Shown one piece after another: positions 24,859 to 36,970 of a stretch of 64,000 nucleotides of DNA. The notes under the pieces were generated by a model, which made no database searches, had not been told where the DNA came from, and worked only from the letters and a program-made list of their open reading frames with translations. A program made the position numbers and the translations under genes. Position 1 is the first letter of the stretch, and every line of letters begins with the position of its first letter. Source of the DNA: Moniliella sp. 'wahieum' (taxonomy: Eukaryota); the NCBI GenBank assembly GCA_003971905.1, contig RSEE01000057.1, forward strand, positions 62,001-126,000, read 5' to 3'.

Positions 24859-27800
24859 CTACGATGGCGGGCCAAACAACACGTCGTTCCTGCCAAAGGT
24901 ACGGTACGCTTCCAATCGGCACTTGATCGATCCCGACAGAGCCTCCGCATCCGTCTCCGGCACCGGTACCGGTACCGGCACAGGTACCGCGTTGCCCTTC
25001 TCGGCAGCCGAAGATGACGGTCCTGCCTGCGTGGAAGAACGAGAGGAACGAGAGGTACGAGAGGTACGGGAGGGACGTGAGGGACGGGAGGGACGGGAGG
25101 GAGGCGAGGAAAGTGAGGAACGGTACATTGACAAGACCAACTCTTCCTCCTCTCTTCTTCCTTTCTTCCTCTTCCTCCTCTTCCTCCTCTGTTTCATGCA
25201 TCTCCTCCTGGGCCGCGTGGGGTCTGTGCGGGGGTGGTGGTAAATCGCCCGGCCCACAGCGGGCGGGTCAAGTGCGATGCGGTAAAAGTGGCCTGCGGTC
25301 GTTGCGGCCAACAAGTGGAACGGTTCGGAGTATGGAGAGGGCGGGGTAGCAGCTACCCACGATAAGGCCACACGTTCATCAATCGCTGCTTCGCCCTTAC
25401 GCACCGAGGCGATCCGTTGGCGCAAGGATGCCCATTGACCTTCCCTCGTAGGACCGGCGGCAGTAGATTCCTTTCCCTTGCCCGGTCCTTGTACTTTGAC
25501 TTTAACCCAGTCGGTCGCAGCAGGTGGTGGTACATCGCCATACCCAGTTTGCATCGTGGCTGCCTGCTCGCCTTGCTGCTCCCATGTCGGCATCCGTATC
25601 GCATTGTCCCGTGACGGCGCAAACGTGCGCAACGCAGCCGGAACAGCGCGGTGGACCACTCCGAGTGGAAGTACCGTGGTAGCAGGGACGGTGGCACGAC
25701 ACGCGAAAGGGAGCTAAGCTTGGACTTGGATTTGGGCTGGGACTGGGACTTGGATTGCGAGTGGGACTGCGATTGGGATTGGGGTTGGGATGCGGATGTA
25801 GAGTGGGAATGGGAATGGGAATGAGGACGGGAATGGGGATGGGCGTGGGTATGGGAATGAGAATGAGGATGAGAGTGCGAATGGGCCGAGGCTGGGTTAG
25901 AAGGGGGCATACCCGAGGACCTCTTCTCTGGCCGGGCCAAAAGATAAAAAAAGTGGATGGTACCCGTCTCACTCACCACGGCCAGCCAGTGCGCATCGGG
26001 AGAAAAGGAGACATCGTAAATCTTGGCTGTATCAAGGCCGCGACGCAACTCGCGCACTTTGCTCAGACCCAGACGGAGACGATGCTTATGTTTAGGTTTG
26101 TCCGGTGGATCGTACGCCAAATCCGGACCAAGGTGCCTTTGTCCGACATGGTCGCCAACCACGTTCCACACGCTGACAAACTCAGTGCCGCCAGCGTCGA
26201 TTCGTGCGCAGCAATGATCGCGGCCGGCCATGCGTGCGGCCCCTATGTTCGGGCCCAATGGACAGGGGGTAGTTGGACCAGACCGGTTTTGCGGCCTGCA
26301 AGGACCACTATCGCTTGTCCCGTATCCTCCACCGGACTGATGGCGCCCAAGCCTTGGGCAGTATCCGAGATGGGCGTCACCAATCGTTCCTCCACCCTCC
26401 AAGTGGGTAAGAGTGCCTGTTGCCCTTTTTCTCGGCTTGAGCTTCGCCACCAGCACCGGAACCATCTGACGATGGGAACGGTCCAATGTCCAGGATGATC
26501 GCTCTCGTCTGAAGCACCACCACGACCACCGCGTATGAATGGGGTAGGACAGGGGAACGAGGCGCGTGCGAAGTGGTATGGTGGTGCGAGCGCGAACCGT
26601 CAAAGTGAATGTATGCGCGTAGACGTTGCGTACCGTCTCCCCAAACTCAAGTTGCGCCACCACACTTCCTAGTTGGGGAGAGTTAGTTTCGGAAGAGATA
26701 GTTTGGGAAGGCGGGACAGGGGAAGGGACAGAGGGGAAGCTGCCTCAGCACAACGTCCGACCCCGATGCTCGAGTCCGAGTCCGACACTTCGTCTTCGTC
26801 CTTTGACGAGGCGAATGGGGACGGTGTCGGTAAAGCAATTGTCGTTGGTGCTAGCTCAGACACCAAAGGGGCAGGCAGGGGACTTGACGGAGACGAGGCA
26901 GCCTCCAATTCTGTGGGCGCAGGGAGAGGTTGCTCAGGTACCGAAGCAGGAACTTGCCTAGGCGTGGCGGGCGGAGAGAGAGAATCAAAGGACGCCCGTG
27001 ACGAGGCGTGAGATAGGGAGACCGAGCTGGGTCACCTGCGGGCGCCGTAGGGACCAACAGGGAGGAACGTGCGGTTTTTGCATCAAACACACTCATGAAC
27101 ATGGCGCGTCTGAGCCTGAGCCTGATCCGGAGCCGGAACCATGGTGTGAGCCGGACTCGGAACTGGCGCCATCGCTAACAGACAGTGGCGATGCATCTCC
27201 AGATCGCGGGCGCCGCTCAAGGTCCAGATTCGTGGGCAGATACGATGGTGAGAGACGGTGAGATTGGCTTCGTTCGGTGAGCGTACTTGATCTTCCGGAC
27301 CCAGTGGCAAAAGCAGAGTCGGAGGGGATGAGAGAGGGATCAGTCAGGGAGTGGTGGTGGTGTGGCTCGTGCTGGAAAGGTGGCTGGATGTCAATGTCTC
27401 GTGACATTTGGTGCCGGTACCGACGAAGGAGGATGGGGCGATGTGCCCATGTCGCCAGGGAGGTGCGCAGCAGGCAACGGATCAATCGAATCGGGGCGAG
27501 CCATTTGGAGTTCGCGTTGGTCAGCAGTAGGAGAGATCGAGCGAGAAATGATAGGCGACCGCTGGGGTGAAAGAGGAGCTGGCAATGCGCCCAGACTCAG
27601 ACTCAAGATCAGAATCGGGATGAGAATGGGAAGCAGGGGAGGCGAACCCGAAAAGGTTTCACCACCTTCACCATCGAGATCCGACAGCTTAGACATCTCT
27701 TGAGGAAACGACGTCGAGGGAGACTGTAGCAATTCTAGACGAGAGGCATCGTTGAACGCAGCAGTCGAAACAATGGGAGGGTCCGAGAGTGGGGGTGGGG

Positions 27801-28989
27801 GTGGTGTTGCCGCCTCCTTTGGCGAGGGTGGGTTTGGCGTTGCTTGCGCCAGGGATGAGGGATCTTGATGCTCAGATATAAAATCCGAGATCTCATCCAA
27901 ATCAGGTATATCGCCCACACCCCCCGTGGTAAGGGTATCTTCACCATCCTTCCGCTGCGATTCACTCAGTGTAGCTGCGGTGGCGTCTGTATGGAACTGG
28001 GGGTCGTCCTGCGGGGAAGGGGGCAAGGGAATGTCGGCGACAGAACGTGAAGATGGTTCCCAATAACGGGGGGGCATTGGTGCCCCTGAGTCGCGTAGGT
28101 TGGACAAGCCGTCTGCCGCCCTGTCAGAAAAGGGCGAACTTGAGATATTCTCCCATCGCTTCCCGTCCTCGGGGAGGGGGAGGTATGCTGAAATTCCTCC
28201 CAGGCAGGATCCATGTCGCGATCGGACGGAGACATCGTACCACGATCCGAACCCACTGGTTCCAGCTGATACCTTGACGCTGAAATGGATGCAGCTGAAA
28301 CAAGAGACGCAGAGGAACTCCCGCTACTGGTTCGGCTGCTGGCTCGGCTCATACCGAGAAGAGAGGGAAGCTGTTGCGGGAGCCGTAAAAGTGGGATGCT
28401 CAGCCGGTATGGGATCTGGATCCATCCCGGCAGGTCTGCTGACCGCTGGAGTGTCGTTGAATGGGTCACGAGATGAACTGTCGAGTAGGGAGTCTGGGGA
28501 TTGCAGACTCGCCGTATACCCACTAGGGAGCCCGTCCGGGTGAGGTGGAGGGGTCGGGGGAGTGAGGGTGGAGACGACGGTTGACTTGGTGGGCGGTGTG
28601 AGTGCTGAGGCGGTTCAAGGGAAAATTGGTCGTCCCAGAGTGTCAGAGCAGTGGATGGGAAGAGGCCCGACCGCTGGCTTCCGACGAGGAGGACAAGGGA
28701 TGTATCTGCCACGGAACAGCGAGGCGCAGGTCCTGGCGGTCAAACTCTGGACGGGGCGCAAGAGAAAAGAGAGAGAGGTTAGAATGAGGGGGGAAAGCGG
28801 GGAGGAATACGCACCTCGTCGATAGGCCTCGCCGTAGGGCTGGACGCGCTGTACAAAAAAGCCGTGGGGGGTGGCGCACGCAAACGCGCTGCTCGCGGCC
28901 TCGGCCGAGCTGCCATGGGGCACGAAGCGGATGGAGGCGGCGGCAGGGGTGGCGGCGTGGGAGGTGATGGAGTGGCGCGGGAGCAGCAT
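24859..28989 (-). CDS. HSV2: PROPPIN WD40 phosphoinositide-binding protein (Hsv2/WIPI3-4-like) with very large low-complexity insertions
   Basis: N-terminal MLLPRHSI; LVLLVG..LFPSTALTLWDD; VAQLEFGETVRNV; RELRRGLDTAKIYDVSFSPDAHWLAVVSETGTIHFF (LRRG motif); LPRYFHSEWS; CRLEAYRTF. Intron 28747-28814. Confidence 0.85.
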
Positions 28990-29029
28990 GGCGCAGTGGG
29001 AACGAGGCGGGTTGCAGTGTTGGGGCGTG

Positions 29030-29142
29030 ATGATGGTGATGGTGGCGATGGTGGCGATGGCGATGGCAATGGAAATGGCGATGGCGATGGCAATGCTTGT
29101 GCTGATGATGGCGTTGGCGATGGCGATGGCGATGGCGATGAT
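29030..29142. repeat. Imperfect (GGCGAT)n hexamer repeat
   Basis: Directly visible in the HSV2 5' region; a similar tract lies 5' of TOR (14680-14730). Confidence 0.85.
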
Positions 29143-29353
29143 GGGGCAGGAGACAAATGGCCGATGGCCAGCGGCTATCAATCTACAGCGTCGTGAGATC
29201 AGGCGGTCGGTGATCGATCGGGATGGATGATGCATTCAGGCCATCGCCGCCATGCTCAGGGGGCCGCTGACGTAGCCCGGCATGCCGTAATGGTTACGTA
29301 CCCGGGGTGGGACAGGTCAGGTGACCAGCGCCCCCATAGCCAGCGCGCGGCTA

Positions 29354-31211
29354 CTACCGCCGGCCGGGCGTCTGGAAGCGGCGCAGCGCACGCTCGCGGG
29401 CGTGCCGGTGGTCGACAATCGGCGCCGGGTAGCCGAGCTTGGCAAACGCCGCGCGCGGCAGCCGCTCGTAGGGCATGTGGATCGCCGCGCCCTCGACGCT
29501 GCGCAGCTCGGGCACCCACCAGCGGATGAACGCGCCGCTCGCATCGCTCTTCTCCGACTGCGCCACCGGGTTGAAGATGCGGAAGTAGGGCTGCGCGTCC
29601 GTCCCCGTCGACGCGGCCCACTGCCAGCCGCCGTTGTTGGCCGCGAGGTTGCCGTCGATGAAGTTGCGCATAAAGTACTGCTCGCCCCGCCGCCAGTCCA
29701 GCATCAGATGCTTGCTGAGGAACATGGCGGCGATCATGCGCCCGCGGTTGTGCATCGCGCCTTGGGCGTTGCACTGCCGCATGCACGCGTCCACGATCGG
29801 GTAGCCCGTCCGGCCCTCCTTCCATGCCTGCAGCCCAGCCTGTCCTCCTCCCACCACCGCCTCATACCGCTGCACAAACGCGCCCCATGCTCACCCGCGG
29901 CCACGCCGCTAGCACATGCCCGTAAAAGTCGCGAAACCCCAGCTCGATGTTCCACTGCCCTGGCCCCGAGGTGCGGTCGAGCACCAGCCTGCCCGCCGTC
30001 TGCGTCTGGCTCTGCCGCAAGCACGCCCGCGCACTGATCACGCCCGCCGACAAGTAGGGCGATAGGTGCGAGGTTCCATTTTCGGCAAGCTGGTTGCGCC
30101 CAATGTGGTAATGGGCAAACCGGCTCGTTGCTCCCTTGTCCTTCTTGGTCGCAGACGACAGGAGCGGCGTGTCGTCAGCTGTCGCCGGGCCTTGAAGAAA
30201 GGGGAGACCTGCCTTGCCAAAGAGAAAGTGCTTCAGTACCGTCTCCGCCGTTCTTCCCCGGCAGGCCAAAGATCCCGCATAGTGTCCCTGTCGGCGCATT
30301 CAAACCCGGCGACCGACTCGGGCACCGGTTGGAACAGCGTCTTGAGCGTCGCGTCGTCTTGAATCTTCTTGTTGTTCCCTCCGGGGCAGGGTATTTGACC
30401 AAGGTCTCCTCTGGGTGGGCCGCAATGTACGCGGCCCAGCTTCGGCTCCAGGGGGTAAAAACAGCATAGGGACGGCCAGCCTTGGTAAGCAGTTTACCAG
30501 GCGGCACAACATACGTATCCTCCACCAAGGTGATGTGGAGGTCTCCTTGGCGACTCGCTTCCTGGACCACGGCGGCATCCCGCCACAGTTCATCCACCTC
30601 GTACTCAATGTTGCCAAACAGATGGGTCACACCCCATTCATGCGCCCACTGCACCACGTCGCGCGATCTGGGTCCTGCGGGAGTGGGTGCGCACGACGAG
30701 GGGGATGTGCAGAGTGTCCAAGTCGGTTTTGATCAGGGCAAGGTGCGCAGGATAAAGTCGACCAAGCGAGGACTCACGTCGTGAGCAGCAAAGTCTTGCG
30801 GACTGAGCACATGGAGCACCAAGATGTCCACCATTCTTTTTGGCTTGGTCCGAAGCCAACGACAGTGCATGGTTGTCCTTCAAGCGCAGATCGTGATTGC
30901 GCATCCAATAGATTACATTGCCCTGCGCGTGGATGCGCTGCTGCTTGGACAAGACGCTGGCAAGGTGATCCCTCGGAGTCATACCGGGCGGCAAGCCGGG
31001 GTTCATCTCATTTGCCCGAAAACTGGGCGGGGCACTCGACTCGTCGTCGGCGCTTGGGCCGTACGTATTGGGGCGGGCACGTTTGTACGCGCGCCGGCCC
31101 TTCTCATCCGGGTCCACGTCCCCATCCATGGCAGTCTGAGGGTCGAGCGCCTTCTCCTCGTCGTTGTCCACAGGAGTGGAAATGGCACGTTTGCTGCGAG
31201 GGTGGTGACCA
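29354..31211 (-). CDS. PHR1: Class I CPD photolyase; start uncertain
   Basis: YWMRNHDLRLKDNHAL, NIEYEVDELWRD, YAVFTPW, GTSHLSPYLSAGVIS, WKEGRTGYPIVDA, MHNRGRMI, DWRRGEQYF, NNGGWQW, QPYFRIFNP. Confidence 0.93.
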
Positions 31212-31827
31212 TAGTGTAACCGCGGCGGGGAAGCAAGATGGAGGGGAGAAGGAAACGGACGGCACGTCTGCTTGGAAACCCAACAACAGCGAGCATCTGC
31301 CCCTGCCACATGACAACCAGTGAATACGGGCCGGAACATCAAGGATCGATGACATTATAGCTGTCTTGTAGCCACCAGATGACAGCTGCTGACCTCGGGC
31401 TAACGTACTAGGCTAACGCGCAAGGTAAAATAAAGCATCGGACAGACGGGTGGATGGCGGCCCAATGCTCAAAATAAAATCAAGAAAGCTCGATGGAGGG
31501 CACGATCGAGAGCAAAGGCAGTGGAACGGCAGCTGTCACAATCATACTCTCCAAGCAGGCACACTGTAATGTTGTCGACGGCCTCGATCGCCAACGGGAT
31601 GAAACAGATGATGCAAACACAAGCGGCACACCAGGCCACTACTATAGTCAGTCACTCCAGACCCCTCGGAAATGTGCCCGGGGTAGGTGCTGGCAGTTGT
31701 CCAACGCATCTGCCATCACTGCCGTCGGCGCGTCCGCCTCGTACTGATGCGTGATGTCGAGCAAAGGTAGCTATAGTAGCTATACAACACCACCATCATC
31801 ATCATCGCCTCGGCCAATGCACGCCAG

Positions 31828-32475
31828 TTAAGAACCCAGTAGACTGGTTGGTAAATCTAACGCCATGTGGAGGAGAGGGTAGGGCCTCCCTTGCTCATCA
31901 AGGGCAGATCGACCAGTACAACGGAAGCCAAGACGGAGATAAAAACTCGTCGCGCCGTGTTGGCTTCATTGACCTCAGTCCTAAGGCACGCAAAGCCTTG
32001 GGATGCGCCCAGGTTGCAGCGTGTGGACCAACGCCTTTCCCACCCCTCGTGAATGAAAGGCGGGATGGACAAACAGCGCATCCATACTCCCCGCCGCATC
32101 CGACACAGACAACAGAAAGCCTGCCACCACGCCCTTACTTGGGTGGGCGCGTGGGTGTGTCGTGTCCGGATAATGGTGGGACGGGCTCCTGTCGAAGCGG
32201 AAACGTTTCATTCCATCTTCATCCTTGTCTCCTCCGCCTCGTCCAGTGGCTGCAGACTCCACACAAGCTCTTCATCGGCGGGGAGGAGAATGGGATCGTC
32301 AGGCGCGAGAATGGCAAGGGTGGGCCACTAGAGGAAAGGCACGTTGCAGCTCTTGGTCAAGCTGGATCCGATCCTCAGGAGAGAGAAACGTATGCGTTGC
32401 ATCTACGGCCGCACGCCAGATGGTGAGCAGTTGGGCGCCCTGGGCTGGACTCGGCCTTGCCTGAACCACGCGCAT
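31828..32475 (-). CDS. YjaB-like GNAT acetyltransferase (bacterial type), intronless, split by frameshifts
   Basis: Manual translation: MRVVQARPSPAQGAQLLTIWRAAVDATHTFLSPEDRIQLD (from 32475); VAGFLL..MDALFVHPAFHSRGVGKALV; LRTEVNEANT; FYLRLGFRCTGRSALDEQGRPYPLLHMAL..* (31828). Colinear with YjaB-family motifs. Confidence 0.85.
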
Positions 32476-33239
32476 CGCTCGGCCACTTGACTGCCTCTCG
32501 ATGGCAGAAGAGGAAAACAGATCGTCATGCGTTTGATGCCACCGGTTATGCGGAATTGACTGTTTGGTCCGCAGCGTTCGATTGTCGCCACTTTAATTCC
32601 CGGCAACGTATTCCACAGTTACGCGTTAATTGCGCGCTCTGGTCGCCAACCGCATCGCAGACATTCAGAACGTCCCCAGTCTTCGCCGTTACCGCCGCGT
32701 TGCACCCTAATCCCTTCGCCCCTTCGAGCCTCCACAACGCCCAGATCCAAACGCTTGCACTCGGCACTAAGTGAGTGTTCTACAGAAGTGCATAATACCA
32801 CCATTGCAACGCAGTGTGATGGGCCCTCCTCCCTTTTAGTTATTGCTTACGGGGCAAACGATCGGGCCCCACGGCCAGACGGACCTGCCCGTTTGAATGT
32901 GCTGCTTGTACGCACCTAATGTTCTCCTTGGTCATAGGGAGAATTGGGCTGGCCGACAACCTCGGCGACGCTGCAAATGTATGATGGCGAGCAACGGCTT
33001 TTGGCGTGTATATAAGTGGGTTGCCCCTATTCTGGCCTCTTCATGACCTCCAGCCAAATAGCCTTGTCCGGGAAGGTCATAGCCTCGGGGACCGAAGTGG
33101 GGTCCTCCACCTGGCGCGGTACTGTAGCCATGGCATGTCCAGTGTCACTGGGAGTAAGAGTGGGCATGCCAGGCTCCCAGCGCACGGGGGGCTGGGTGGT
33201 CCGCGCGTGTTCCTGCGTAGCGTGGGAGTCTGGTGATCC

Positions 33240-35270
33240 TCATTGTTGCGGCGACGGAGAGTGGCGCTTGCTGCAGTTGCGGAAATAATGTCCAGGGAGG
33301 CCGCACACGAAGCAGCCGCTCTCTTTGCCAGCCTTCTTGTTCCCCTTTCGTCCTTTACCATGGGGGGTGCACTTGTTGTTCGTGGACTTGCTTGCGGGGG
33401 CAACGCTGCCCCGGAGGGACGTGGTCGGGACGTCGGCCAGACCAAGAATAAAGGAACGCAAAGCGTCTACGTCCAGCTGAGAAACGTCTTTGGCTTCAGC
33501 GACCCTGGCCATTTGAATAAGGTATGCCACGGGATAGGCATCCTTGATCGCCCTGACCAGAACATTAAAGTATTGCACATCCGGGAACGGCTGGCCCAGC
33601 AGCGCCAATTTGTGGCGCGTCGAATCGGCCCGCAAAAGCAGATGGTCCACTTTCTCGCCAGGCTCCAACTTGAGCGTGCAAAGGGTGGTGAGAGCATCGA
33701 GGCATTGACGCACGGGCATGCCCTCAAACTTGTCCTGAGTGAACTCCTTCATCTCTGTGGAGAGACCGAGGTTGTTGATGTGTGGTGGTGGTGAGGCCGG
33801 CGTCACTGGGTCAGCTTCGGGAGCGCCGGTGGCGGGGGAGGCCTGGGAGAGGTGTGCCGTCGGCTGACCGGCCGTGGGGGCGACGGGGAGCAGGGCCGTG
33901 CGCGGCCGCGCTGCTTGCGAGGCACTAGGTAGCCGGCGTGGGCCCTCGCGGCGACATTCTTCTTCCGAGTGCCACGGGCTCTGGTGGTATTGACAACGGA
34001 TGGGCGGCCGGTCACCAGTCGGCCGGTCGACGGTACGGTTGTCGGTGCGGTTGTCGCAGCGCTCGCCAGGACCACGGGAAGCGCGAGCCCCACCAGGGCG
34101 CATGCGCCGGTCGGAGCTCGGTGAGCGCGAGGCCACTGCGGCACACGCGCATGCGCGTGCATCCGTTGCGCGAGGCGACATTGAGCATGGCAATTTGGGT
34201 AGGCGAGAGCACAGCCCGGAGCGACATCCATGCATTAGCATCAACATCGAGACCCGCCCACGAAGCGTCGTTGACAAGGACGTCGATACGGCGACAGAAT
34301 TCCTCCAGCAGCTCGCCGGGCTTGGCTTTGATCTGCTGCAACTGGCGTAGGTGGCCCTCACCAATGGCACGGGAGTTGTCGCTGTGGCCAAACTGCCGCT
34401 GCAGGTTGCGGAGGAAGACATGACCGGACGGGTCCTGGGCCATGCCTCTGGTGTCGATATCCATACCAACGACAAGCAGGCGGGGCAGCTCACGATCGAG
34501 AGCAGCCTCGTCAGCCGTCGCAGGGCCGTCCTCGAGAATGTGCCAAAGGCCATACATCAGCAAGCCCCGCTTCATGAGTATATACCACTTCTGGTAGCCC
34601 ACGGAAGGACGGCTAGGCCAGGATGGCAACAGCTTGGAGGTGGCGATGCGATCAATTTGCTTCCACGGTCTCTCTGCCGTGACAGGGTTAGCGGCAGCAG
34701 CCAAAGTAGGCGGGTCCGTGGGGGAGCGCATGGAGTCCGGGTAAGTCGGGTGGGAGAGGGGGAGCGAGCCCATTCCGCTACTTCGGCAACGACCCCGGCG
34801 TGGTCGTATCCACGTTCGTCCATCAGGAACTGAAAAATCCTTGACGTGGGCCGGGTTGCGAATCTGGGCCGCGGCATCCGTGAGAGTGAGGCGTTTTGTC
34901 CGCATGAGGTAACCCGCGAAAGCTAACTCGAGCTTCTCGGTGTTGGTCGGGGGGGCAGCAGTACCTTGGTAGGCGAGTGCAGCAGGCGGTGCCCTGGGGG
35001 GCAGTCGCAGGGTGGGCGTCGCCTTGGTGGGCGGACGCAGTGTCAGCACTTTCTTGATGGGGAGGCGACGGGGCCGCACCCTGGTGGGCGGGCGCAGCGT
35101 TGGCGATAGGCATGGGAGGCGGCGTAGGTTCGCGTGTACGGGGCAGTTTGCGGGAGGGTGGGGGTGGGTTGTGTCGGAACCAGAGCGCAGCTCGACCATG
35201 CACGGGGGGCGTAAGGAGCAATGGTAGTTCAGGCGGTGGCAGGCAGTCACGTGAGCCAGATTCAAATTTC
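33240..35270 (-). mobile_element. Retrotransposon gag relic(s): two gag-like segments in tandem
   Basis: GYQKWYILMKRGLLMYGLWHIL; LQQIKAKPGELLEEFCRRID; knuckle-like CQYHQSPWHSEEEC; second segment LKLEPGEKVDHLL..LGQPFPD and canonical CCHC CFVCGLPGHYFRNC. No RT nearby. Confidence 0.7.
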
Positions 35271-35399
35271 ATTCCTTCCGAGCTGGCATAAGTCTTCTGG
35301 ACGATGCATTGGCGGAAGCTCCTTCGTCCAATACGACGCTCAGTGCTCTTACATCCTCATCTGCCCATCCCTGAGCTGGCCAAAACTACACCCACAACC

Positions 35400-36390
35400 A
35401 TGGACGCCAAAATTAACACCAATCTCTCGGTCAGCGACACCACAATGGTGAACAGGCGCGATTACTGGACACCACCAGGTCGCGAACCACCACCGATTGG
35501 CACCGACAACGAGGAACTCATGATGATCTGCATCGAAGCGCACCTTTGGTACAAGGAGACGGGCGACATCGATGTCGTTAAGAAGAAGATCAACAGCGCT
35601 ATACACGACAGAGACGAGTGGCTTGGATGGAAGGACGAACGTATGCCTATCACGGGAAGTTGGATTAGACGGGCAACCAATTTTGTGGTGAAAACCATCC
35701 ACCAAATGGAAACTCAGCCCAACGCGCTCAGGGGTGAACCTACCAGCGCACCCTCGCGACCCGAGTACGACCTTTACAGATCACTACGCGATTCTCCCAC
35801 CAAGAATATCAAGTGGCCTGATCTAAGCAGAGACCCCTCCGCTTACAGCGCTTGGGAAGACGAATTTCTCTTCGCTATAACGGACGTCCCCCCCACGCAA
35901 GCGACATCGTCCAGAATGGTCGCAGCTCCCGATACTTTACCGAGGACCTCGACCGACGCTTGCACCTTCTTCTTCGGGACGCCATGCCACCAAACCTCTT
36001 CCAGACGATCCGAACCATCCACGAATATCATGCACCCAGGACATGATGAACATACTGCGTCAGCGGTATGGATATACGCCTACCGCATACAGAGGACCTC
36101 TACTCATTCGCTATTTTTCGGCCGACCAAGGAAACCGATCGGGTCGAGACTACCTCGATTACATGGATGAGATCAGTGCAAGCCTGACACGAGCGGGCAT
36201 CCCACTTACGGAAGAGCAGGCACGCACTGGGATCCTACTCGGCTTGCGTGACATGAGCATTCGCCAGCGCGAAGAACGTTCCAGCCTAGACAACTTACGG
36301 CAGGTCGTGATGGACATACCAGCCACCACGCATTTCGGTGGAGAAAGGAAGAGAAACGGGGGCAAACTGGTCAGCGGAGGAATGCCCTGA
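35400..36390 (+). mobile_element. Probable copia-type gag relic
   Basis: WPDLSRDPSAYSAWEDEF; RDYLDYMDEISASLTRAGIPLTEEQARTGILLGL resembles copia gag capsid helices; broken across frames. Confidence 0.5.
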
Positions 36391-36970
36391 ATTCGACCTG
36401 ACAGCGGAGGAAGACCCTAATCAGCGGGGGGAAAACTCCAGCGGGGGCAAAACCGGCGACGACAACGTCGCTCAGAGAGCGAACTCTCCGATTCCGAAGT
36501 GATCGACGTTCATACGGGCACAGCCGACCACTAATGTGTTGCTTGTTAATAGCGCCAACTACCCCGTTTACGGAACTGGGGAATCGTAAGGAGATCAGGG
36601 CCACGCCCTATCGCATCCAACTTGGCCCACACATTAACCAACATGACCCCAAGCGGGGTGATTAACGTGAAGATTCACTCCGCGTTTTTTTCATTTCTCT
36701 CTGGCGGGGGACGCAAACTGAAGCTTGTGTCCCGCTAACAGCACAGAAAGCCACCGAGGCCCAAATGAGTGAAGGGCAGGTGGCACGAGCCCAAAAATAG
36801 CTGACAATGGAAGACAATGGAAATGACGCTCCTGCTCTCCTTCGCTCCTGTGCGTTCTTTTGGAGACGATATTTTTTTGGTGGGCGAAATGGACCACTGG
36901 CAGAGGAACGTACTACACAACATTGGGATCCGGGACTCCTCTTTGGCCAGCAGCAGCAGGCGTCGGCAGG

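Noticed and set aside
3227..29000. CUL3-TOR-SYG1-HSV2 as a nutrient-signalling gene cluster
   Set aside because: Thematically tempting, but there is no shared regulatory evidence; ordinary housekeeping neighbours
36645..36670. AAGCGGGGTG as a PPT/LTR start after the gag relic
   Set aside because: No partner LTR or convincing terminal CA found
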